Positions 8,987-18,385 are shown, counted from the stretch's first letter. The stretch: DNA of 64,000 bases from Planctomycetota bacterium (GCA_027021385.1 JALUUL010000079.1:5738-69737), one strand, 5' to 3'. Translations and numbers: made by a program. Notes: generated by a model from the letters alone, not told the origin.

Positions 8987-9361
8987 TCAGAAAAGTGATC
9001 CTAGCCTCCATCCCGCCCAGACACCGCCGAGACCGAGGAGGTTGGAGAGGAGGAGGTTCGAGGCAGCCGCGAACCAGGACCCCGAAGCCAGGAGCTGGAA
9101 GGTCTCGAAGGCGAAGGTCGAGAAGGTCGTGAACCCCCCGAGCAGGCCGATGAGGAGGGCCAGCCGGAGTTCCGGGCGGAGGAGGAGGCTTCCCGTCGTC
9201 AGAGCGGCGAGCATTCCGAGGACGAAGCAGCCGCAAAGATTGACGGTAAGGGTTCCAAGGGGAAAGGTCCCGCGGGTGAGGTTCTGGGCCCAGCCGGCGA
9301 CGAGATAGCGGAGAACGGCCCCGAGGGCTCCTCCTCCGGCGATCCAGATGATTTTGCTCAT
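8987..9361 (-). CDS. crcB: Fluoride ion channel CrcB/FluC
   Basis: 124 aa with four hydrophobic segments: GGALGAVLRYL, PLGTLTVNLCGCFVLG, LLGGFTTFSTFAFE. Confidence 0.9.
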   Translation of the reverse strand: MSKIIWIAGGGALGAVLRYLVAGWAQNLTRGTFPLGTLTVNLCGCFVLGMLAALTTGSLLLRPELRLALLIGLLGGFTTFSTFAFETFQLLASGSWFAAASNLLLSNLLGLGGVWAGWRLGSLF

Positions 9362-9370
9362 GATTCGATC

Positions 9371-10816
9371 CTAGGTTCCGGGGGCCCGGCGTGCATCGAA
9401 GCGCGCCCTGAGGGCCTTCGGGTCCGCGTATCCTCCGCTCAGACGCATCGCCTCTCCGATCAGAGCGTGGACCGCGTTCTCCTTGCCCCGCCTCCAGTCC
9501 TCGAGAGCCTCGGGTCTTCTCCGGCAGGCCTCCTCGACGAGACGGTCGAGGTCCGGTTCCGGTCCGGCCGGGGGACGGCCCACGCGGGCCAGGGCCTCCT
9601 CGAAAGGGAGCGGAGAACACATAGCTTCCAGGACCCTCCGGCCGGCGGAGGGGGAGAGGGTTCCCTCCTGCAGCATCCTCAAGAGCTTCGCGCATTCTCC
9701 GGGAAGGAAGGGTATCTCGTCCCAGACGATCCTCGCGCGGCGCAGGCAGGAGCGGAACTCCCTGCGCAGCCAGTTCGCGCAGTAGTCCGGAGCCGCCCCG
9801 GCTTCGACGAGGGCCTCGAACCAGTCGGCGCTCTCCCGCTCCATGCAGAGTTCGGAAGCTACCGGAAGGGGGATCCCGTGATCCCTCGAAAACCGCTCGG
9901 CGCGCAGGCGGGGGGATTCGGGCCGGGACAGACGCAGGGATTCGAGGACTTCCTCGTCGATTCGGAAAGGGGGGATGTCGGGCTCGGGCAGGTAACGATA
10001 GTCCGGAGCCTCCCCCTTCCAGCGCATGTGGCGGGTGCGGTCGTTCTTCTCGTCCCAGGACCTCGTTTCCGATCGAATCGAGACGCCCCTGCGCGCCAGC
10101 TCCCGAAGCCTTTCGATCTCGAAGTCGAGGGCCGCCTCGACGCGCCGGAACGAGTTGAGGTTCTTGATCTCGATGCGCGGGACGGGAGCCCCTTCCTCGT
10201 TTCGGTCGTTCCGGGCGCCCCCGGGATCGAGGGAGACGTTCGCGTCGCAGCGCAGGCTCCCTTTCTCCATGTCGCCGTCGGAGACCCGAAGCCAGCGCAG
10301 GCGCCGGCGGAGGATCGTCAGGAACAGACGCGCCTCCTTCGGGGACCGGATCGTGGGTTCGGTCACGAGTTCGAGGAGCGGGGTTCCGGCCCGATTGAGG
10401 TCGATCCAGGTCTTCCTCCCGGCGTGCAGGCTCTTTCCCGCGTCCTCCTCGAGATGGAGGCGGAGGAAGGAGACCGTTCGGCCGTCGGGAAGGGTCAACG
10501 AACCGCCCCGGGCGAGGGGGGTCCGTTGCTGGGTGCACTGGTAGCCCTTCGGGAGGTCGGGATAGAAGTAGTGCTTGCGGTCGAAACTCTGTCGCCGGGC
10601 GATCTCCGAACCGAAGGCGAGGGCCGCGCGCAGGGCGAGTTCGAGGGCGGTCCGGTTCGGATGGGGAAGGGACCCCGGAAGCCCGAGGCAGGTCGGGCAC
10701 ACGAGGCTGTTCGGCGGAGCTCCGAATCGGTTTTCGCAGGAACAGAAAAGCTTGGTCCGAGTCGCCAGGCGGACATGGATCTCGAGGCCGATCCTCGGCC
10801 TGAGAGGGAGGGTCAC
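9371..10816 (-). CDS. gatB: Asp-tRNA(Asn)/Glu-tRNA(Gln) amidotransferase subunit B
   Basis: IGLEIHVRL...KLFCSC...CPTCLGLPGSLP...DRKHYFYPDLPKGYQCTQ. I re-called the start as GTG at 10816, which overlaps the gatA TGA (GTGA). The track start at 11035 would overlap gatA by 222 nt. Confidence 0.9.
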   Translation of the reverse strand: MTLPLRPRIGLEIHVRLATRTKLFCSCENRFGAPPNSLVCPTCLGLPGSLPHPNRTALELALRAALAFGSEIARRQSFDRKHYFYPDLPKGYQCTQQRTPLARGGSLTLPDGRTVSFLRLHLEEDAGKSLHAGRKTWIDLNRAGTPLLELVTEPTIRSPKEARLFLTILRRRLRWLRVSDGDMEKGSLRCDANVSLDPGGARNDRNEEGAPVPRIEIKNLNSFRRVEAALDFEIERLRELARRGVSIRSETRSWDEKNDRTRHMRWKGEAPDYRYLPEPDIPPFRIDEEVLESLRLSRPESPRLRAERFSRDHGIPLPVASELCMERESADWFEALVEAGAAPDYCANWLRREFRSCLRRARIVWDEIPFLPGECAKLLRMLQEGTLSPSAGRRVLEAMCSPLPFEEALARVGRPPAGPEPDLDRLVEEACRRRPEALEDWRRGKENAVHALIGEAMRLSGGYADPKALRARFDARRAPGT

Positions 10817-12714
10817 CGCGCCCTTTCCTTTCGGCGCCGTTCCGGCGGCGAAGGACGCCGGAGGTGCCAGTCGGTCCCTTCCTGGTAGGCGAGCCCCGCG
10901 AGAAGGACGCACCCGTCCCGTCCGGGCGGACCGACGAGATGAAGCCCTACGGGCATGCCTTCCGGGTCGAATCCGCAGGGAAGGCTCAAGGCCGGAAGGC
11001 CCGCGAGGTTCGCGCCGACGGTCAAGGCGTCGCATTGGTAGTGGGCCAACGGATCCCTCGATCGGTCCTCGAGAGGGAAGGCCGGGACGGGGGTCGTCGG
11101 ACCCAGGCAGAGGTCGACCTTTTCGAAGACTTCCGCGTATTCGGAACGGACGCGGAGGGCCCCGGCCCGGCCTCTTTCATACCAGGCTTCTCGATGACCG
11201 GCCGAGAGGCAGAACGCGCCGACCAGGAGCCGGCGCTTGACCTCGGAGCCGAAGGTCCTTCCCCGGAACGAGCGCAGCGCCCCGAAGAAGTCCGGAGGAC
11301 TCGAGGGGGAGCTTCGCGGTCCCCGGAGCGGGAAGCGGGCCAGGTTCGAGGAAGCCTCGGCGGGAGCGAGGAGGTGATAGATCGACAGGGCGATGCGGGT
11401 GGAAGGAAGGGAGACCTCGACGCAGGTCGCTCCCATCTCCTCGAAGATCCGGGCGGCCTCGAGGACGAGACCTCCATGAGCCTCCGGAAGTCCCATGCCG
11501 AAATGCTCGCGCGGGAGCCCGATCCGGATCCCGTCGAGGGGCCGGGCTCCCCGGACTTCGATCTTCCCGAGGGGGGGGAGGGACAGGGTCGTGAGGTCTC
11601 TCGGATCGGGTCCTTCGAGGACCCCAAGCGACAGGACGAGGTCGGAGACTCCCCGGCTCATCGGTCCGATCCCGTCGAGGGAACTCGCGAAAGCGACCAG
11701 TCCGTCCCGGCTGACGCGCCCCCGCGTGGGTTTGAAGCCCGTGATCCCGCAGAGGGCCGCGGGCTGCCGGATGCTTCCTCCGGTGTCGCTGCCGAGTCCG
11801 AGAGGGGAAAGCCCGGCGGCGACGGCGGCCGCCGTGCCTCCGCTGCTTCCGCCGGGACAGAGTTCGGGGTTCCAAGGATTGCGGGTCTTCCCGAAGCAGG
11901 AGGTCCCCGTCGAGGACCCGAAGGCGAACTCGTCCATGTTCGTCCGCCCCAGGAGGACGGCTCCCGCCGCCTCGAGACGGGCGAGGGCGGTCGCCGTCCA
12001 GGGCGCCCGGTACCCCTCGAGCATGAGGGAACCGCAGCGGCATTCCTTGCCGCGGATGCAGATGTTGTCCTTGACGAGGACGGGGACGCCGTGCAGCGGC
12101 CCCCGTTCCTCCGGGGGGAGGCGGTCGAGGGCTGCGGCCCGTTCCTCGGCCTCCTCGAAGACCTCGATCACCGCTCCGAGTCCCGGCTCCCAATTCGAGA
12201 TCTCCTCGAGGCAGGCCTCGAGGACTTCGCGGCATGTGAAGTCCCCGCGGCGAAACCCATCCACGAGGTCCGTTCCCGAGAGGGCGGACGACCCTTCCGG
12301 GCTCGGTCCCTCGGGGAGGGGGGATCTCCGAGGGGGCGGATGCTCTCCGAGGCCGGGTGCAGGGCCCGGAGGGTCCGGGACTTCGCGGGCGGGGGCGGTC
12401 TCCCCGCCCGGGGACCGCGCCGATTCCTCCTCGGTGTTTTCCTTGGACGGCCCGAAGACCGGGGGACGGGGCCAGGCCTTCCCGCGGGGTTCGGGGAGGG
12501 GGCCGGGGAAGCCCCGAGGGCGGTCTTCCCTCCAGTGGGAAAAGGCAGGGAAATATTCCTGTTCTTCTTCGGGAAGGCCCGCGGCCTGGACGACACGGAG
12601 GGAGTCCAGGATCCGATCGCACTGGGAAAGGAGTTCCCCGGCCTCATCCTCGGCGAGGGAAAGTCCCGCCAGGAAGGCGAGGTGATCGGATAGGGATTCC
12701 GGGAGGTCGGACAA
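10813..12714 (-). CDS. gatA: GatC-GatA fusion: amidotransferase subunit C-like N-terminal domain, P/E/G-rich linker, subunit A amidase domain
   Basis: Single 633-aa ORF with a TTG start. Residues 1-95, LSDHLAFLAGLSLAEDEAGELLSQCDRILDSLRVVQ...SHWREDRP, resemble GatC. From about residue 150 onward it is GatA: GPLHGVPVLVKDNI, GRTNMDEFAFGSS, GGSSGGTAAAVAAG, GSDTGGSIRQPAALCG. Confidence 0.8.
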   Translation of the reverse strand: MSDLPESLSDHLAFLAGLSLAEDEAGELLSQCDRILDSLRVVQAAGLPEEEQEYFPAFSHWREDRPRGFPGPLPEPRGKAWPRPPVFGPSKENTEEESARSPGGETAPAREVPDPPGPAPGLGEHPPPRRSPLPEGPSPEGSSALSGTDLVDGFRRGDFTCREVLEACLEEISNWEPGLGAVIEVFEEAEERAAALDRLPPEERGPLHGVPVLVKDNICIRGKECRCGSLMLEGYRAPWTATALARLEAAGAVLLGRTNMDEFAFGSSTGTSCFGKTRNPWNPELCPGGSSGGTAAAVAAGLSPLGLGSDTGGSIRQPAALCGITGFKPTRGRVSRDGLVAFASSLDGIGPMSRGVSDLVLSLGVLEGPDPRDLTTLSLPPLGKIEVRGARPLDGIRIGLPREHFGMGLPEAHGGLVLEAARIFEEMGATCVEVSLPSTRIALSIYHLLAPAEASSNLARFPLRGPRSSPSSPPDFFGALRSFRGRTFGSEVKRRLLVGAFCLSAGHREAWYERGRAGALRVRSEYAEVFEKVDLCLGPTTPVPAFPLEDRSRDPLAHYQCDALTVGANLAGLPALSLPCGFDPEGMPVGLHLVGPPGRDGCVLLAGLAYQEGTDWHLRRPSPPERRRKERAR

Positions 12715-12743
12715 GGAAACGACCCTTCTCGAGGCGGAAAAGA

Positions 12744-12826
12744 CGGGGATTCTATCCCGGAGGCGGGGATTCCGAGCTTGCGATCCGCGAGAGCACTGCC
12801 TTTCCTGGGTGGGACGAGGATAGAAT
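12744..12826. promoter_or_regulatory. Divergent promoter region with inverted GGATAGAAT elements (candidate -10 boxes for gatCA and the 12888 gene)
   Basis: ggattctatcc at 12747-12757 (reverse complement ggatagaatcc) and ggatagaat at 12818-12826 form an inverted pair. Each presents TAGAAT toward its own gene, about 35 nt before the TTG at 12714 and about 62 nt before the ATG at 12888. cggggattc is also directly repeated at 12744 and 12764. Confidence 0.3.
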
Positions 12827-12887
12827 GTTCCGTTCGTGTGAGCCCGCGCCGGAGAACGGAGCGAGGCCGGCGCGGAACCTCAAGCTT

Positions 12888-13478
12888 ATGGATGATTCTC
12901 CGGAACTCCTGGTCATCGGGCTGACCTGCAACCTGGTCGGGCTCTTCCTGCTGGCGAACTCGATCGTCTTCCGCAGTCCGCGGAAGCTGATCGCCGAGTT
13001 CTTCAACGTGGACAAGGGGTCGATGCGGCCGCTCCGGGACTACGTCCTGAACAAGATCCAGGTCGTCATCGGCTTCCTGTTCCTGACCTCGGGCTTCCTC
13101 CTCCAGGCCCTCTGGGCCTGGCCCAAGATCGAGCGCCCGACTCCGGTCCTCCTGATCTGCGGAGGTCTCCTCGCCCTGGCCGCCTGCGTGTACTTCGTCG
13201 GCAACCTCTACAGTCGGCGGGCCTTCAAACGCCATCTCCGGGATTTCTTCCAGACTTTTCCCTTCCCCTTCGAGCGCAACCTCGAGATCACGAAGCAGAT
13301 CGGGAAGGCCTTCGGGATCGAGGAAGGAGCGGAGGATTCCGTCGAGGTCTATGTCGGCAAGGTCAAGCGGGCCCTCGGCCTTCCTCCGGCCCCCACTCCG
13401 AGCCAGGAGGGATCCGCCAGGTCCCGCCGCCTGCGGGAGATGGCCGCCCCGGTCCCTCCGGTCTCGGAACACCTCTGA
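12888..13478 (+). CDS. Hypothetical membrane protein (3 predicted TM helices)
   Basis: MDDSPELLVIGLTCNLVGLFLLANSIVF..., IQVVIGFLFLTSGFLLQALWAW, VLLICGGLLALAACVYFVGNLY. An alternative in-frame ATG lies at 12825. The track ORF start at 12357 is implausible because it overlaps gatA. Confidence 0.55.
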   Translation: MDDSPELLVIGLTCNLVGLFLLANSIVFRSPRKLIAEFFNVDKGSMRPLRDYVLNKIQVVIGFLFLTSGFLLQALWAWPKIERPTPVLLICGGLLALAACVYFVGNLYSRRAFKRHLRDFFQTFPFPFERNLEITKQIGKAFGIEEGAEDSVEVYVGKVKRALGLPPAPTPSQEGSARSRRLREMAAPVPPVSEHL

Positions 13479-13555
13479 ATCCTCCCGGTCCCGGAACGAG
13501 GGAGATCCGGCCTGGCCTGGGAAACCCTCCACCCTGAAGCGCGTTCTCGCTCTTC

Positions 13556-14359
13556 GTGAGTCCCGTCTCCTTCCATCCACCGGGTCTCCGGTTCCGGGCC
13601 GCCCTCCTGCGCGGGATTCGGGCCTGGACGACCTCGGAGAACTGCCTGCTTTGCGGAGAGAGAACGGGGGTCTGGATCCGGCTCTGCCCATCCTGTCGAA
13701 GCGGGCTCGAGTCCGCGGGCCCCGGCGCTGGTTGTCCCCGTTGCAGCGGCCCTCTTCCCTGCGGGGATTGCGACCGGTTCCTCGGCCCCTTGTCGGGGGT
13801 GATCGCTCCGTTCCGTTACCGCGGAAGCGGAGGACGACTCGTCCGCAGGGGGAAGCTTTCGGGAGATTACGGCTGTCTCTCGTTCCTGGCGGGCGCGATG
13901 CGGCGGAGTCTGAGGGCTCGGGACCTCGGGAGTGGTGGGGCGCCTCGTCCCCGCCTGCTCGTCCCGGTCCCCCTCGCCGGGTCGAAAAGGAGGAGGCGGG
14001 GTTTCAACCAAGCCGAGGAGATCGCCCGCTTCCTTGGGCGCCGAGGCGGTTACGGGGTCGCCCGCAGCGCGCTTCGCAGGGTCCGCGCGACGGTCCCCCA
14101 GGGCAGGCTCGCTCCGGAAGAACGGGAGGAGAACCTGAAGGGGGCGATCCGTCCGGGCTGGGACGCCTGGAGGGGAGCGTGCCTGGGAAGAGAGATCCTC
14201 CTCGTCGACGACGTCTGCACCTCGGGCGCGACGCTCAGAGCCTGCGCGCGCGTCCTCCTGGAGGAGGCGGGCGCCCGAAAGGTCTTCGGGGTCTGCGCCT
14301 GCAGCGCGAAGGCCGGGGACACCGTTTCAGGAGAGATCCCGCTTCAGCTTCTCGAGTGA
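13556..14359 (+). CDS. comF: ComF family protein (phosphoribosyltransferase-like, ComFC)
   Basis: N-terminal Cys-rich zinc-finger region CLLCGERTG...CPSCRS...CPRCSGPLPCGDC, then RGFNQAEEIA and the PRTase motif ILLVDDVCTSGATL. Confidence 0.8.
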   Translation: MSPVSFHPPGLRFRAALLRGIRAWTTSENCLLCGERTGVWIRLCPSCRSGLESAGPGAGCPRCSGPLPCGDCDRFLGPLSGVIAPFRYRGSGGRLVRRGKLSGDYGCLSFLAGAMRRSLRARDLGSGGAPRPRLLVPVPLAGSKRRRRGFNQAEEIARFLGRRGGYGVARSALRRVRATVPQGRLAPEEREENLKGAIRPGWDAWRGACLGREILLVDDVCTSGATLRACARVLLEEAGARKVFGVCACSAKAGDTVSGEIPLQLLE

Positions 14360-15322
14360 ACTGCCTTCCCCGAGGGCGACGAGGATGTCCTCCGCCTCGA
14401 GACGCGTCTCTCCGGATGGGTTGAACCGCATGACCCCGTCCGGTTTACGGATCGCGACGATGATCAGTCCGTAACCGGAGCGGAGGTCGGCCTCGCGAAG
14501 GGCGCGCCCGTCGTAGTCCGATCCCCGGGGAATGCGGACCTCGTCGAGCCTGAGGGAATGGGAGCCCTTTCCCGTCGTCAGGTCCACGAAGTCCATGACA
14601 TTGGGGAGAAGCACCGCCTGGGCCATCCGCCGCCCGCCGATCAGGGTGGGAAGAATCACGACATCCGCCCCCGCGCGCTTGAGCTTGCGTTCGGTCGCTT
14701 CATCGGTCCCCCGGGCGACGATTCGGATCTTCCTGTTCAGGAATCTACCGGTGAGGGTCAGGAAGACGCTCTCGGCGTCGCTCGGCATGGCCGACACGAG
14801 CACTTCGGCGTTCTCGATTCCGGCGTCGACGAGGATCTGCTCTTCCGTCGCGTCGCCTTGCAGGGCGAGGAAACCCTCCCGGCGCATCTCCATCAGAAGG
14901 CTCTCGTCACGGTCGATGCATACGACTTCCTTCCCACGTTCCTTGAGATCGCGCGCGATGAGCTTGCCTATCCGCCCGATGCCGCAGACGATGACGTGTC
15001 CCTTGAGGTCATGGATTTGCTTGATCATCCTGCGTTTCTCCAGAACATCGGCCAGATCCCCCTCGACGATATGGGAGACCAGGAGGCTTCCGGCGTAGGC
15101 GGCCGTCCCGACTCCCAGCATGATCAACAGGACCACGGCGATCATCCCCTCGTGCCCGAGCCCCTCGGGGGCGGAGTAGCCGACGGTCGAGAGGGTGATC
15201 GTCACGAAGTAGAAGGCCTCCGCCCAGTCGAAGCCGAGCCGGAAATGGAAGTAGAGCACCCCGGTGATCGAGACCAGGATCAGGAATCCCAAGGCCTTGG
15301 CCCAGCGCGATCGATTCCCCAT
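14327..15322 (-). CDS. Potassium channel protein with RCK/TrkA domains (MthK/Kch-like)
   Basis: Two TM segments plus pore helix with filter TLSTVGYS. TrkA-N is HVIVCGIGRIGKLIARDL. A C-terminal TrkA-C-like region follows (LRLDEVRIPRGSDYDGRALREADL). Confidence 0.85.
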   Translation of the reverse strand: MGNRSRWAKALGFLILVSITGVLYFHFRLGFDWAEAFYFVTITLSTVGYSAPEGLGHEGMIAVVLLIMLGVGTAAYAGSLLVSHIVEGDLADVLEKRRMIKQIHDLKGHVIVCGIGRIGKLIARDLKERGKEVVCIDRDESLLMEMRREGFLALQGDATEEQILVDAGIENAEVLVSAMPSDAESVFLTLTGRFLNRKIRIVARGTDEATERKLKRAGADVVILPTLIGGRRMAQAVLLPNVMDFVDLTTGKGSHSLRLDEVRIPRGSDYDGRALREADLRSGYGLIIVAIRKPDGVMRFNPSGETRLEAEDILVALGEGSSLEKLKRDLS

Positions 15323-15463
15323 GGCCTATTCCCTATCCCCGCTTCCGGCTCCGGAAAAGGAAAAAGAAGGCGGACCGGACGGAGCGGAGGTCGTGCGCAA
15401 GAAGGAGGGACATGGCTCGAATGCTGGAGATAGGGCGGGCTGAAGAGGATGTCCAATCGAGGG

Positions 15464-16840
15464 TCAGGTCCGAACCCTGGGGGGCGTAGGAGTAACGGGG
15501 AAGGAAAAGGCCGGGAGGATTCTGCACAGCCTTTGCCGTTCCTCTTCGAAGTTGGCGACGACGGCGAGCTGGAAGAAGAGCACGACCGAGATCTGTCCGA
15601 AATAGGCGACTCCGATGAAGGCGACCATGTGTGTGAACAAGGCGGCGCCGAAACCCCAGGCGCCGAGAAAGCGCTCCCGGTCGCGCTCCCAGAACCGCCA
15701 GGCTCTCCCGACATAGCGGAACGCCAGGACGAAGATCCAGAGGAACAGGAGGAGGTTGAGCAATCCCGCTCCCGTCCCCTCGGCAACGTATTGATTGGCC
15801 GTGTCGAAGAGGAAGTAGCCCCAGTGCTCGGTCGAGGGGGTGCCCCATAGGGCCCATTCCGAAAATCGCCGGATGAACTGGTCTACGAGCATGTAACGGT
15901 GATAGCCCGTGGATCCTCCGGAAAGATCCACCCGGGCCAGGAGGCTCCAAACAGGCCCCTTCATGTAGAAATGGAGAGCGGTCAGCATGAGCACGGCGCC
16001 AATCCGGATCAGGGACAGATAGGGCCGCAGAGGAATGAAACTGAAGGCGAGGAAACCGGCGATCAAGGCCATCGCGGGTGTGCTCGAAGCTGTGTTGACG
16101 ACGATCAATATCGTCGAAATCACCCCAAGAATGATCAAAAAGGTGTTTGCCCCTTTCCGGAAGAGAAGGGATGCATAGATCGGAAGCAGGGTGGCAAAGA
16201 AGCAACCGGCGATGATCGGGTGCGGAAAGGCCCCCTGACACCGAAGTCGGCCGTTTCGGATCATGGTTTGTTCGGGAACTCCCCCCATGAATGCAAACAG
16301 GTTCCTTCCTGTCGCCCGCTCAATCAGGAATGGGATCAAGGCGGGAATCGAGATGATCAAGAACGACTGAACCGATTGGCGGATTTGGTCCCATCGAGGG
16401 ATCGCGATCCGGAAGAAGAAGTAGATGCCGAGGAGGTCGAAGGCCGTACCGCATTGATAGATGAAGGCCCCGAACCTCCTTTGCTGCAGGGTGAAGAGGA
16501 TGATTCCTGCCAGCTTCCAGGCGATGATGACCGTATCGAGGGGGAGCCATCGGAACCGTCGAAGCTCATTGCGGATCAGGAAGCGCGTCCAGCCGGTAAG
16601 GATCATCAACCTCAAGAAGCTGAAGTCGAGACCGAAGACGACGATTCGCTGTGCAGCGGGGATCAGGCAGGCGAGGAGGATGATCGGGAGGGTCGCCTTG
16701 GCCTTGGGGAGCAGGAGAAGGCACAGCATCATGATTCCAAGGACCACGAGGCCGATCGGATCCACCGTGGTCGTGTTGTCCCAGGAATGCGTGAAGTGGG
16801 GGTTCTGGGGGACGAGGAGACTCGAGAGACCGGGGCTCAT
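15464..16840 (-). CDS. O-antigen ligase/polymerase family membrane protein (Wzy-like)
   Basis: Multi-TM protein with the Wzy_C-like loop RLRCQGAFPHPIIAGCFFATLLP. The start is re-called to MSPGLSS at 16840, giving an ATGA overlap with the upstream flippase stop. Confidence 0.7.
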   Translation of the reverse strand: MSPGLSSLLVPQNPHFTHSWDNTTTVDPIGLVVLGIMMLCLLLLPKAKATLPIILLACLIPAAQRIVVFGLDFSFLRLMILTGWTRFLIRNELRRFRWLPLDTVIIAWKLAGIILFTLQQRRFGAFIYQCGTAFDLLGIYFFFRIAIPRWDQIRQSVQSFLIISIPALIPFLIERATGRNLFAFMGGVPEQTMIRNGRLRCQGAFPHPIIAGCFFATLLPIYASLLFRKGANTFLIILGVISTILIVVNTASSTPAMALIAGFLAFSFIPLRPYLSLIRIGAVLMLTALHFYMKGPVWSLLARVDLSGGSTGYHRYMLVDQFIRRFSEWALWGTPSTEHWGYFLFDTANQYVAEGTGAGLLNLLLFLWIFVLAFRYVGRAWRFWERDRERFLGAWGFGAALFTHMVAFIGVAYFGQISVVLFFQLAVVANFEEERQRLCRILPAFSFPVTPTPPRVRT

Positions 16841-18357
16841 ATCTTGCGGACCATTCGGATCAGAACTTTTCCATCCTGCGTGCGGAGCCCGATGAGGAGA
16901 AGGAAGCCGAGAAGCAGAGCCGTGAACCCGCACTTCTCCACCAGGTCGAGCGAGTCGAACAGCAAGATCCTTATGGCGAACAGGAGAGCCGCCAGGAGGA
17001 GAATGATGAAGAGGTTCAGGTAGAACGGACGGGGGTCGATCATGCCGTGGCGGTTCAGGAGACGGATCGAGAGGTAGAACGCGAAGCTCTCCGCCACGAC
17101 CATCGTTTCCGCGAAATGGACGAGGTTCCCCTGGAAGACGGCGAGGAGGATGATCGGAATCAGGAAGAGGGCGCGGACGATGTTCGTATGCATCGGATCC
17201 TTCGTCTTCCCGAGGGCGATCGAGGCGCCGGTGGAGCAGTTCCGCAGGAAGCGGACGACGAGGGCGACGGCCATCATCGGAAGGATCGATTCGACTTCCA
17301 AGTAGGCCCTTCCATACAGCGCGGATGCGACGATTCCCCCGAGGAGGACGAGCGGGACGAGAGTGAGGCTCCCTAAAAACAACGAGATGTAGGCGAAGAG
17401 CCTCGCCTTCTCACGGAAATCCTCGGGCCGATCCTGGTGGCGTGAGAGGATCGGAAACTGGAGATAGCCCTGGAGCGAACTCAGGAACCGGGTGGGTTGG
17501 AAGCAGAGACTGAAGGCGATCGAGAATACGGCCAGGCTTTCCATCGAGAGTTCGGGGTTGCCGAAAAGGGTCTTTCCCGAGCCGACGATGAGCTTTTCTC
17601 CCTGGAACGAGAAGAAGAAGAGAAGGGCGTTGACCGTGAGGGGCCAGCCGAAGTGGAAGTACTTGATCGCGGTGATCTTGTCGAAGGACCAGCGGAACTT
17701 CCGTTCCGCGGTGAGATGGGAGACGGCGGCGAAGAGGGCGGTCCTCAGGATCAGTAACCAAAGGGTCGCCCTGTGGTCGCGGAAATAGAGGCTGATCGGA
17801 TAGGCGAGGGCGAGGGAGAGGGTCGTCGAAAGGATCCAGGTGGAGGACAGCGGGCCGAATCTGAGTTTTCTCTGGAGTCTTTCGATGTCCAGGTGGACGA
17901 GTCCGTTCAGGAAGGGGACGAGCGCCAGATTCCGGTAGGAGGCGGCCGAGTCCGGAGCGTCGAAGAGGAAAGCGAGGAAAGGAGCGAGAAGGAGGATCAT
18001 GATCCCCCCCAGGCAACCTCGAATGAAACGGAGGAGATGCGCCGTCCCTTGGAAGGTTTCCTCATCTCCATCCGGGTCCTGCACGAGGATCCGATCCGCC
18101 GCGAAGTTACTCACCATCTCGACGAGAGTGATGATGATCAGGAAGGAAGCACCGATTCCGAACTCCTCCTTTGAGAGGAGCCGCGCGAGGATGATGTTCC
18201 GAACGAAGGAGGCGACCTGGTCCGTCGCCAGACCGACGGAGAGGATCGCGCTGCCTTTGAACTTCTTCCCCAACTCAAGCCCTTCCGTCCGGGACTGGGA
18301 ACGGATCCCGCGGCGACGGTCCGGATTCTTTCGATGGGGGAATCGAGGTTTCCGCAA
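16837..18357 (-). CDS. Polysaccharide biosynthesis protein, MOP-superfamily flippase (Wzx-like)
   Basis: 506 aa with about 12-14 hydrophobic segments. The N-terminal pattern KGSAILSVGLATDQVASFVRNIILARLLSKEEFG is typical of Wzx/RfbX. Confidence 0.7.
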   Translation of the reverse strand: MRKPRFPHRKNPDRRRGIRSQSRTEGLELGKKFKGSAILSVGLATDQVASFVRNIILARLLSKEEFGIGASFLIIITLVEMVSNFAADRILVQDPDGDEETFQGTAHLLRFIRGCLGGIMILLLAPFLAFLFDAPDSAASYRNLALVPFLNGLVHLDIERLQRKLRFGPLSSTWILSTTLSLALAYPISLYFRDHRATLWLLILRTALFAAVSHLTAERKFRWSFDKITAIKYFHFGWPLTVNALLFFFSFQGEKLIVGSGKTLFGNPELSMESLAVFSIAFSLCFQPTRFLSSLQGYLQFPILSRHQDRPEDFREKARLFAYISLFLGSLTLVPLVLLGGIVASALYGRAYLEVESILPMMAVALVVRFLRNCSTGASIALGKTKDPMHTNIVRALFLIPIILLAVFQGNLVHFAETMVVAESFAFYLSIRLLNRHGMIDPRPFYLNLFIILLLAALLFAIRILLFDSLDLVEKCGFTALLLGFLLLIGLRTQDGKVLIRMVRKI

Positions 18358-18385
18358 GGTCAGCGAATGCGAAGGAGACCGTCAT

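Noticed and set aside
9362-9370. Fluoride (crcB-motif) riboswitch expected near crcB/DUF190
   Set aside because: crcB starts 9 nt after the gatB stop, so there is no leader. The only operon-level leader (12715-12887) lacks the conserved crcB-motif pseudoknot sequences as I remember them.
8925-10700. 591-aa minus-strand ORF and several 170-630-aa ORFs across 9.4-13.7 kb (for example 10864..12693, 11177..12622, 12168..13691)
   Set aside because: They are out of frame or antisense relative to gatB and gatCA, which carry strong family signatures. The translations are Arg/Pro/Gly-rich.
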